A stretch of 60,629 nucleotides of DNA, counting the filler, from Basidiobolus meristosporus CBS 931.73 (taxonomy: Eukaryota > Fungi > Basidiobolomycota): the NCBI GenBank assembly GCA_002104905.1. It is 3 parts of 3 records of this genome, joined end to end, with 100 filler letters (N's around TTAATTAATTAA, not from the genome) between each part and the next. Parts side by side here need not be neighbours in the genome. Positions count along the whole stretch, not along the records: positions 1 to 19,274 come from MCFE01001037.1; 2 more parts are not named here. One strand, given 5' to 3'. The translations under genes and the position numbers were made by a program. The notes beneath the pieces were generated by a model, which was given only the letters and a program-made list of their open reading frames with translations, was not told where the DNA came from and searched no databases. This document shows, piece by piece, positions 1 through 8,978 of the stretch; the stretch's first letter is position 1; every line of letters begins with the position of its first letter.

Positions 1-829
1 TAGGGTTGGGTGGTGGTACATTGTATGCAGGAAAGCCGAGGTTGTCTTGCGGGGTCTTGATCTCCGAGTCGACCCTAACTTCGGATGGACCGTTGGTAGG
101 GACTCTGGTCTGCTCATGGTTGATGATGATCATGGGGGGTTTCTTGGCTGGATCTAGTCGGGGCACCGAATGCTCCCGTTTCAACCCTTCATTCTCTATC
201 CTCAGCCCCTGCACCTCGGTCTGCAGGTCTTTGATGTAATCGATGGTCAACCTCAACACATTCCCGCGCGCGTACTTGATCCCATCCTCCTGGGCGTTGG
301 GAACGATCTCCGAGAGCTCTTCGATGGCGGAATTAATCAAATCCCGACGCTTCCGCTCCACCCGGTTGTGCTGCTCCCTGCGCTTTTGGAGTCGGTTGAT
401 GGCTGCCTCGCTGTCCATCTCGTCTCGGTTCAAAATGTTCACCCCGTTGACGACGTAGGACTCCCGACGCTTGTTTGACTTGTTCTTGAACAGCTTGTCC
501 GGGGTGAATTCTCTGATGGAATCTTCGAAGCGGTACCCTTTGAGGCGCCGGTTGGCCATATGGCTCGTCAGGGTGGGCTTTTTCGCTGCGCTCGAGGGTT
601 CTCCCGTGGAAGCCTGCGCCGACGAGCCCTCGCCGGGGTTGACACAGGGCTCAGCATTCATGGCCAAGGTTGGGACCGAGACGGGACCACCTGGAGAAAC
701 CGGCCGAGGAGCGAAAGCGCCCACGTGAGGGACAGGTGCGGGGTATCCAGTGGGGGTTTGGGAAAGTGTGGGTGGTTCTTGGTAGGTAGTGACTTGAAAA
801 GAGGGGATCTCTTGGCCCTCTTTCTCCAT
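1..829 (-). CDS. bHLH-leucine zipper transcription factor (USF/MITF/Cbf1/Tye7-like basic region), 3' end beyond the window edge
   Basis: Manual minus-strand translation from ATG at 829 (MEKEGQEIPSFQ...) is open to position 1, so the ORF track (which needs a stop) misses it. It contains VNGVNILNRDEMDSEAAINRLQKRREQHNRVERKRRDLINSAIEELSEIVPNAQEDGIKYARGNVLRLTIDYIKDLQTEVQGLRIENEGLK (bHLH about 221-385, zipper heptads about 170-220). Rich in CGN codons. An upstream exon cannot be excluded (TTCTTCCAG acceptor-like sequence near 899). Confidence 0.9.
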   Translation of the reverse strand, partial: MEKEGQEIPSFQVTTYQEPPTLSQTPTGYPAPVPHVGAFAPRPVSPGGPVSVPTLAMNAEPCVNPGEGSSAQASTGEPSSAAKKPTLTSHMANRRLKGYRFEDSIREFTPDKLFKNKSNKRRESYVVNGVNILNRDEMDSEAAINRLQKRREQHNRVERKRRDLINSAIEELSEIVPNAQEDGIKYARGNVLRLTIDYIKDLQTEVQGLRIENEGLKREHSVPRLDPAKKPPMIIINHEQTRVPTNGPSEVRVDSEIKTPQDNLGFPAYNVPPPNP

Positions 830-997
830 TTCAACAACACTCAGCCCGGGGACAACCTGACTTTGAGAAACGACGGCTGAGGGAAAGTTCACTGCAAGCT
901 GGAAGAAAGGAGTGTCTTGAGCGATAAAAAGAGCAACCAAGTCACCTCGCTGGTTATATCAATGGCCGGTAGGAGATGAATGGCCAGGAAACCGCTG

Positions 998-1114
998 ATT
1001 GGATCACATTGGTACAATGGAATATTGATCTCAAGGGCCGGCACCATTGAATAGGAGAAATCTAACAAATGAATCAGGTATCCAAAACTAACCGAGACCT
1101 CGGCCGTTGATTGG
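998..1114 (-). promoter_or_regulatory. Candidate CCAAT boxes upstream of the bHLH gene
   Basis: ATTGG on + at 998-1002, 1008-1012 and 1110-1114, 170-285 bp upstream of the ATG at 829. Motif match only. Confidence 0.3.
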
Positions 1115-1503
1115 CCCTCGGGGATCACCAGTGATGAACCAACTCAGGGCGAAAGCAGCAGGTGCGACCATTCCGGCTCCTTCTGATCAGCAAGTGGGCA
1201 CTTAGTTAGGGTTAAGTTTAATTCAAATAAAGTTAACTACGTTTCACCCTCGCCAGAATGAGATTTATCTTAGATCCAGGACATTTCCAGAATGGCCGTC
1301 GCCTGGTGGTACGAGCCTTGGCGACGTTGCTTCCTGGACTTCAAGGGGCAACCATTTCATCAATCCCCCTCGCTAGGTCACCCGCCAATACTGGGCTTTC
1401 CTGGGATTGGCCGCGGATGCACCAAACCATCATGTACTCGTTTCATATCGCGTTGCACGGAAATCCCTTCCCCCCAGCCTTCTATCACAGCCAATCCATC
1501 GTG

Positions 1504-1566
1504 CACGTGCTCTGGCCGATACGGTGCTCTCCATATTACCCAGCCTAGATGCTTCCCGCACGTGAC
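1504..1566. promoter_or_regulatory. Two CACGTG E-boxes upstream of the bHLH gene
   Basis: CACGTG at 1504-1509 and CACGTGAC at 1559-1566 (GTCACGTG on minus). Motif match only. Confidence 0.3.
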
Positions 1567-2306
1567 CCGGGGCATTTTCGCTGGATTTTGAGCTTACTGA
1601 TGGTTCCACCTAGCTTTCGTGGTTTTCGGTGGATCACGAGGCCCACAAAACCCTATTTCCAACCCCCTTCAAGGTGGATGGGCTCGCGAATGCTGTGGTG
1701 CTCGGTGGGGGATGAAGGATCTACTGTGGTGCCCGGTTTCACACCGTTGCAAGGTCGCGGAGCATGCTAAACCGGCAGGCAATTTGGCACAGAAGGTACA
1801 CTCAGCTGTTGGTAGTAAAGGTTCATGTGAGCACTGATATGGCTTTTCAGGGGCGATTGTATCGCGGGACAATCCCTCGAAGCTCTCTCATATGCTTCGC
1901 TCACATTCAAAGCCAGGTTACGGGAGTGAATCACCCAAGATGTAGCAGCCTGTATTGGCGGGCAGCTCGTTCCTTCTGTTTGGTCTTCAGTTGCCGAGCA
2001 TCGCTGGTTATCTTTCTGGCATTTTCTAGGCTCCTTACTCAACTCAAATGCGGCCTCAATTGGGAAACCATTGGAGATTCGGGGGAGTTGTTCCACTTGG
2101 ATGGTTAGAGAGCATAGATGCGATCAATTGGTTCCATTGGTGATGTTGGGATATTATGTTCAGCAATTCTCGCTAATTGGAAACATTCCATTCTACACCA
2201 ACTGGATCCTACCTCCGCCCAGTGATTCATTCCTACATGAGTCTGTCTTGGGTACCGACACCGGTATTATACCTATCTTTGGTTTGATAGTGATGTGGAG
2301 GGGTAC

Positions 2307-2352
2307 CCAAAATGCCCACCAAAACGCCCACCAAAATGCCCACCAAAATGCC
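2307..2352. repeat. 12-bp tandem repeat (CCAAAAYGCCCA), about 3.8 copies
   Basis: Directly visible. It explains the HQNA/FWWA repeats in ORFs 2071..2370 and 2193..2429. Confidence 0.9.
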
Positions 2353-3379
2353 AAATACCAAGTTGGATGACACCCAGACTTACGCTTTCGTTGAAAACAA
2401 TGATCATGGATACTGACTGGGATGGCCACACATAACCCAGATCCGGTTTGAGTCGGTCATAATGTCTATAAGTGACCGAAATTCTGTCATAAGTATCATT
2501 CAGCTTTTGGTATTTCTACATAGTTCTTATAGATTGATAGGCATTTCCAATACCATCATGATCTATGGCAATCAGATATTCTATATAACAATGCCCTAAG
2601 AGAGGTACCTATGTTGCATTTCAATCCACATCTAAGAATGTGCTTCTCCATCTTGAAAGAGTCCCAGTCACTCCCAAATCTTTGAGTATCCTAACTCAGG
2701 TTAGGTACTCTAATGAGTATGTAGGTCTATTGGTGGTACTCTTTTGATGGGCTCATTGCAGTGGTGAATACTGGACAGGATAATGGTACTAACTTGCATC
2801 ACTGAATATGTGCAGTAGCAATAAGACAAGATGAATACAAAGTTTGCAATGGAGTCTCAGGTCATACAACTGGTAAATTAAACAAGGCTCTAAAATCACA
2901 AATCTACAAGCTTTTCACACAGCATGCTGCTCTGGATCTTATAGATTTGCCAGGATTGAGAAGAACTGTAATGGATCTGTGAATCCTGCTAGAAGTGCTA
3001 ACCTATAGATGGCAGCTTGAGGTAGCAAAGTTCTATACAATCTTCTTGGTGAAATCAAAAAGCCTATATCAGATGATCCAACTATATACTAATATCTATC
3101 ATAAAGATGTCTAAATTTTGTGGCCACCTGACCATAGACCTTGACAATCATACCACATACTTTAGAGTTAGATCATGCTGAATACTTCTTAACTGATCAA
3201 TTGTTGTAGCACTAAGAAAAAACTTACTCAAGGCTAGTAAAATATCCTCATAATATCTGCAGAACTTTAAGTTTCTCTGAACTGACAACTCTCAAAATGT
3301 ATGCTCTGTTAAATAGTGCTATACTGAGCCTTGAGTGCCAAATAGTGCCATAGTATTGTTGAAAGGCAAAGGACACCTA

Positions 3380-4706
3380 TACTTGGATAAATATTGAGAA
3401 CACTAGTTCTACATACACAGGCAGAGCAGGTTTTCTGTTACCCCCACATACTTGCATGGCATTCTGATGGTATTATTACAATCCACATATATATGAGCAG
3501 ACCTAACCAGCCAATACATGCAATTGCCTTATATGGCAAAAAACTTGATGGTGCTTTGATAGCCTTGTTGTGCACCACCATTGGCATTATCATGGCAGTA
3601 AGGCAGCCTATAGCTAGTACTGTGCAATGCTACCATACCAATTCACTAAATTGTATTTTATTTTTCTACCTCCCCTTGAACCAAGCACATATTCCACTGT
3701 ATAATCACCCCTCTTTATTTGCTTACCCAATACTACTGTGGGCATTTTACATATGGCTCAAGTCAAAAAAAAATACTATGGTCTCCTGCTTGCTAACCTA
3801 TATATACATTTGCACCTGCTGTTATTGACCCACTTCCTGTTGTAATTATTAAGTTGTCACCTAAGTATTCATGCTAACTTAGTCATAGAGATCTGATTTT
3901 TTGATTAGCATTCTGTCCTGACTAAATTTCTTGTTGGAACTTAGAATATTTTCACCAAATTATCAGGTACCCAAATTATGATCTTTCTCAAAGTTGTCCA
4001 AAAGACCCCAAACTTTGAACACATATTCATGGGACCTTCCTTGACAAACTCTACATATTTGTCTGCTCTACTTGATCAAAAGTACAAATACCATACTCTT
4101 GATCAATAAATCTACAAGTAAAGAGCATGTAAATCCACTGGTTCTCCACATCACTACCAATACTCCTCAGAATATTGCAACACTTCCATCACCTCAACTT
4201 TATAGCTTTTTAGTGTCAAACTTTCAAAGTTGCTATATACCTTATATTGCTAGTAACATATACATCTTGCAAACATATACTTGGTTTTCACCACTTTGTC
4301 CATGAATACCACATGAATATCTGCAAAATACTTTTTGGTTCTTGACCAATATTCAACTTCTTGCTGCCAAACTTGAGTCCCCTTATAGACACACTCTGAT
4401 TCTTGTTTAGGTCAGTTCCATATTGGAAGGTGTAAAGTTTGGCTTGTACCAGGGAGAAACCTAGAATACTTTAGTGAAGTTATCCCAACAAGAACCAATT
4501 GCTTGGTGTGTCCAACCTTACCTTTAATTTCTCAGCAAATAACCTATGCATTGGGGCTGCTTTGCTTCCTATCACCAAAGACACAGGTGTCTTCATGTGT
4601 ACATCTGTGCTCAGTACTTTCCAGCAGATCCTGGCTGTCTTCCATATGACAACTCATCACTTCCATGATGGACTTGAAGGTTGTATTCCTGATGAGATTG
4701 GGATAT
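3380..4706 (-). mobile_element. Decayed CMC/EnSpm (CACTA, Tnp2) fragment, C-terminal transposase region
   Basis: Homologous to 21300-22300 of CACTA copy A (e.g. YPNLIRNTTFKSIMEVMSCHMEDSQ). Many stops. Boundaries approximate. Interrupted by a solo LTR. Confidence 0.75.
3838..4182 (+). mobile_element. Solo LTR of the Ty1/Copia family (345 bp)
   Basis: TGTTGTAA...TTGCAACA termini. Perfect 5-bp TSD CTTCC (3833-3837 and 4183-4187). Homologous to LTRs at 4707-5054 and 55324-55673. The host CACTA sequence resumes after the TSD. Confidence 0.88.
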
Positions 4707-6690
4707 TGGCGTAAAATTTGTGATTTCACCTCCATATTAGCCTAAATTAGTCACTTGGATCATTACCTTCAAGTCCTAGAGAATATGGACCAAATTCCTT
4801 GTTGGGATTTACTTGGAATATTTTCACTAAAATACCAGGTACCAAGAACATAAAAATTCTCAAAGTGGTCCAAACAGCCTCAAACTTTGCACATGTGTTC
4901 TTGGGACCTTCCTAAGCCTATTCTATGTGCATGTTATGCTATGACCATGTAACAGTGTAAATACTACTGTAACATTCAACAAATTGTTGAATGAAAACCA
5001 CATAATCTACTTGTACTCACAATCACTTCCAATCTCTACAAGACTCTTACAGCAGGTTATGAGCCACAAGCTGTCACTCTCTGCAATGTCTACTGCTGCT
5101 ATTACTGGAACTTTTCACTCTGCTGAAAAGTTGGATGTATCTAACTACCAATTGTGGAAGGTTACAATGTAGATGCTGCTGTAAGAAAGAGATCTTTGGG
5201 ATATTGACATGGGAGAAGAAAACCCTCTTAAAAACACTGGAGAGGAATGTTTAAAGTACCAAAAGAATGATCAAAGTACATTTAACTGCATTTGCCTTAA
5301 TGTTACAGACAAATAGCTAATTCCATGCTCAAGAGCAAAAATGTCAAGGAATGCCTGGAAGGCTTTAGAAGACACCTACCAGTCATGTTCAGCTGCTAAG
5401 AGAATGTATCTTAGACAAAAACTCTTTACTACAAAGATGCTGCCAGGAGAAGAGATGAATAGTTGAATTAACAGAATTACTCTGCTGGTGGATGAGATGG
5501 AATCTGTGGGCTTACCAACTACTAACAAGGATGTGATAGTAGCCATCCTGAATAGCCTGACAGACCAGCTTCAGGCCCTTGTATCAGCCCTAGAGTCCAG
5601 AACTGAAATTTCACAGTAAATTGTGTAAATGAAAGGCTCCTGGATGAAGAATGAAGAAAATCAAGATAGAAAATGCCTTAATAAGCAATGCTAACCAACA
5701 AAGAAGGTACCTAAGGCCTTACAAGAGCAACAGCAACCTGTTATGCAATTACTGCAAAAGGAAAGGACACACATCAGACAGGTGTCTCAAAAAGAGTGAT
5801 AATTTGCAGAAGAAGCCTGAATAAGTAAGTGCTGCAACAGCTGAAGATAGACTATTCATATCTGCACTGAATATGAACACAAACAGGGATTCTCAGCTGT
5901 AGTATATTGCCTCTGGAGCATTTCAACACTTTATACACCAAAAAGAACTTTTTACCCAATACCAAGAAATTCCAATTAAGAAGGTTTTATGGGTGACAAT
6001 AGAACACTTGATGCAGTGGGAGAAGGAACTACCCAAGTAAACCTTGAAAGCAGTGAAGGAAGCCATACACTGACCTTTAAAGAAGTACTCTTAGTATCAG
6101 AAATAGCCAAGAACCTACTATCCTTAAGCAAGGCCACTGCAGAGGGACTCAGTTTTGGCTTTGACAATTCTGGATGCAGGATCACTGATCAAAATGGTGC
6201 CCATATTGCTTTGGGTATCAGAGATCAGAATCTATACAAGTTGACTGATATTCCATCACACCTGGAAGACAATATAGGTAACTTAAATGAAGAAACACCA
6301 ATGCTTTGGTACAGGAGATTTGGGCACATTAATTTTGATTGTTTGCTCAAAATGATCAACAATCTGCTAATTTCTGGAGTAAAAATTGACCCCCCAGCTA
6401 GTTTGGAGCACTGTGAAGCCTGCATATATGGGAAACAAGCCAGAAGACTGTTCAAGAGCTTTGCGTTAATCAAAACTAAGAAAAAACTACATTCAATTCA
6501 CTCAGATCTATGTGGACCAATGCAAAATTATTCTCCAGGTGGGATGAAGTATTGAATCACTCTTATTGATGATTATTCAAGATACACATGGGTTTACTTC
6601 ATGAAGAGAAAGGAAGAGCCTCTGTCTAAGCTCAGGGAGTCTAATGCCATGGTGGAAAGACCAGCTGCTGAAAAAATCAAGAGAATATAA
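4707..6690 (+). mobile_element. 5' portion of a Ty1/Copia retrotransposon (LTR, PBS, gag, protease, GAG-pre-integrase, start of integrase), 3'-truncated
   Basis: LTR 4707-5054 ending TTACAGCA. Gag has a UBN2-like region and a CNYCKRKGHTSDRC knuckle. ORF 5989..6555 has IAKNLLSLSK, WYRRFGHIN, CEACIYGKQ and IHSDLCGPM. Several stops and frameshifts. Confidence 0.9.
5055..5066 (+). other. Copia primer-binding site (GGTTATGAGCC, half-tRNA-iMet type)
   Basis: Immediately follows the LTR-terminal CA and resembles the GGTTATGGGCCC PBS of Drosophila copia. The same motif (GGCTATGAGCCC) abuts the LTR at 20995-21006 on minus. Confidence 0.7.
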
Positions 6691-7060
6691 GATATATAAC
6701 CAACTTTGGTTGCTATGGATATGTATTTATTCAAGTGGTGCTCTGAGGCCATTCCTACCCAGAGTACATTGGAAGCATTGGGAGTCATATATGGACATTG
6801 TAGGAATATTTATCCAGAAGCAGATCACTAATTCCAACTTGACACATCTACTGCTGTTGCATGAGGAGTTTATGACAGGATTTGAGTGGCTATACTACAA
6901 ATGTAAAGCTGAATGCGTAGATCTTTCCTGCTACTGTATCCATTCTCTACTCCATCTTGCACAGTGTGTGGAGAATATTGGGCCTTGCTTCACCTTGTGG
7001 GAGTTTCCTATGAAGCAGATGTGTGGGGAGATTGGAAGATAAGTCAAGTCAAGGGTACTA
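6690..7060 (+). mobile_element. CACTA Tnp2 fragment
   Basis: WKHWESYMDIVGIFIQKQIT...HSLLHLAQCVENIGPCFTLWEFPMKQMCGEIGR (DUF4218-like Tnp2 C-terminus). Confidence 0.8.
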
Positions 7061-7643
7061 AGTGGTAATAGGTAGCGGTTATCTCACTAATCAATAAGTT
7101 GGAATATTGGAAGAGGGATGATTTATTTTAAGGGATAGCCTCCCTTATGTACTTTTTTGCTGCTCAATTTCTTGCTAGAAAATACTTTCTGGGAGTTTCC
7201 AGAAGGTAGTAGACAGACAATCATGTCATTGTGTACTAAAAATAGCGCAAATTCTTGGCGGATTGTTCCATGAGACATAGTAACACCTAGCCAATCAGGT
7301 AGTGGTAATATGAAACCCCTGTGTCATGTGGTTGCCTCTTATGGTAGTAGGATAGGAGGGTTATGGAACCAAGATGGTCACATGACATGGGCACTATTGT
7401 GGGTACTTGCCTTATATGGTAACTATCATATCTTGGCATCTTGGCAAGGAATAGGAATAGCTTGTGCAATGGGTTAATAGTGACAAATAGTTTGTCAGGT
7501 TGCATAGTAATAATCACATAGACAGAATAGAAAATATTGCAATTTGCGATGATACTAATATAGGGGGGGTAATCCTTTTTTAGGGAAGTGAACGTATGAG
7601 AATGAGCACATCTGCCTGTGGGTGTCACTGTGACCCCACTACA
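7061..7643 (-). repeat. Partial 3' LTR of Gypsy-1 (U3 side)
   Basis: Starts TGTAGTGGGG on minus directly after the PPT. Same terminus as the LTR at 14221-15290. Confidence 0.85.
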
Positions 7644-7682
7644 TCCACCCCCCTCTGAGCTTTGAACTCAGGTCAAAGCAAA

Positions 7683-8969
7683 CTAAATGTGATGTGCAAA
7701 ATTCCGGTGCTTGAATAGCTTAAGTCTGTTTCCTGCCACAGGTGCTCTTAGCGGTGTTTCATCAAGTTCAGACAGGTAGTAGCTTCCATTTCCAATCACC
7801 TTAGAGATAATATATGGGCCAGACCACTTATTGTCAAATTTGCGACTCCACTGCTTGTCTAAAGTGGAATCATAGAGCAGTACTGGATCTCCTTGCAGTA
7901 ATGGCTTTGGTCCAAGGCTATGTGACTTGTCAAATGGTTCCTTGTTCTGAAGTCTTGTCTCTTTGAGTTTTGCAGCTGCTTGGGTAATATCAAGTTCATG
8001 GTGATCAAGCTGTTTGATGCGTGTAGTCAGTAGTTCTTCTGTACTTGTTGTAGTTCTCCACTCTAGCATGTTCCAGGATGTTGAGTCAAGCTCTATGGGA
8101 AGAACACAATCATGTCCATAAAGCAATTTGAATGGAGATAGACCTGTGCTGCATTTTGTAGTGATTCTATCTGCCCAGAGTGCTAGATTAAGTTGTGTAG
8201 GCCACTGTAGTGTCATGTTGTTGCAGCTCTTGACTAGGGAGTTAACCAACGGGCCATGGCCTCTTTCAACCATTCCATTGACCTGTGGGTGATAAGCGGT
8301 GGTGAAAGCAATATGAATCTTGTATTGTGAGCAGAGTTCCTGGATCAAATTTGAAGTCATTTCTCCTTGGTCAGCAACTAACTGGCTGATGCAGCCAAAT
8401 CTGCATATTATATCTTCAAGAATAAATCTCCATATGGTGTGGCTTTTGTTATTGGATAGGGCTTGAGCTTCTACCCACCCACTCAGATCATCTCTGGCAA
8501 CAACAAGGTACTTCTTGGTTCCAGCAGTTGGCATGTGGACCAGGTCAATGCCAACCTTCTGCCATAGACAAGGTGTGTAGGTTGGATGGAGCGGCTCCTC
8601 ATATCTCTTGGTTGACCTTCTTTGGCAAATGTCACAAGATTCAACAAAGTGTTGGACATCATGATACATATGCTCCCAGTAGTACCTACTGGAAACAACA
8701 TTGTAAGTGGTGTCTCTGCCTCTATGACCACTGGGTCTTCCTTTGTGAAGGCTTGACATAATAGTCAGTTGTTCCTGGGGCTCAACTATAACTCTCCTTG
8801 GTGTCTGTCCAAGCTTTACTTGTTTGAAGAGGAGGCCATCCTTTATGTAGAAATGATGGGCCTTCTTCCTGAGCTTTCTGAAATCATGTGGGCTCATTCC
8901 TGGTGGCTTCACTAAGGTTCTCAGATAGTCTTGAATGGTGTTCCACGCAGAGTTGCTGGGCTTCTTCAC
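7683..8969 (-). CDS. pol: Gypsy integrase (HHCC zinc-binding, rve core, GPY/F-like C-terminus)
   Basis: H..GHRG...RYYW...CDIC, WQKVGIDLV, ADQG, YHPQVNGMVER, WSGPY. Open for 428 aa. In frame with the upstream RNase H region across one TGA at 8979-8981. Confidence 0.9.
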   Translation of the reverse strand: MKKPSNSAWNTIQDYLRTLVKPPGMSPHDFRKLRKKAHHFYIKDGLLFKQVKLGQTPRRVIVEPQEQLTIMSSLHKGRPSGHRGRDTTYNVVSSRYYWEHMYHDVQHFVESCDICQRRSTKRYEEPLHPTYTPCLWQKVGIDLVHMPTAGTKKYLVVARDDLSGWVEAQALSNNKSHTIWRFILEDIICRFGCISQLVADQGEMTSNLIQELCSQYKIHIAFTTAYHPQVNGMVERGHGPLVNSLVKSCNNMTLQWPTQLNLALWADRITTKCSTGLSPFKLLYGHDCVLPIELDSTSWNMLEWRTTTSTEELLTTRIKQLDHHELDITQAAAKLKETRLQNKEPFDKSHSLGPKPLLQGDPVLLYDSTLDKQWSRKFDNKWSGPYIISKVIGNGSYYLSELDETPLRAPVAGNRLKLFKHRNFAHHI

Positions 8970-8978
8970 ATGTAGTTG

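Noticed and set aside
6-880. Plus-strand ORFs 6..239, 170..478, 243..458, 471..728 and 560..880
   Set aside because: Antisense shadows of the GC-rich bHLH coding sequence on the minus strand. No recognisable motifs.
1206-1211. TTAGGG telomere-like hexamer (also TAGGGTTGGG at position 1)
   Set aside because: Single copies. The one at position 1 is coding sequence. No array.
1767-2429. ORFs 1767..2096, 2071..2370 and 2193..2429 as small genes
   Set aside because: No recognisable domain. The FWWA/HQNA periodicity is just the 12-bp tandem repeat.
7287-7628. 113-aa ORF in the Gypsy-1 LTR (and 14522..14794 in the Gypsy-2 LTR)
   Set aside because: Not conserved as an open frame between the related LTRs. 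No motifs.
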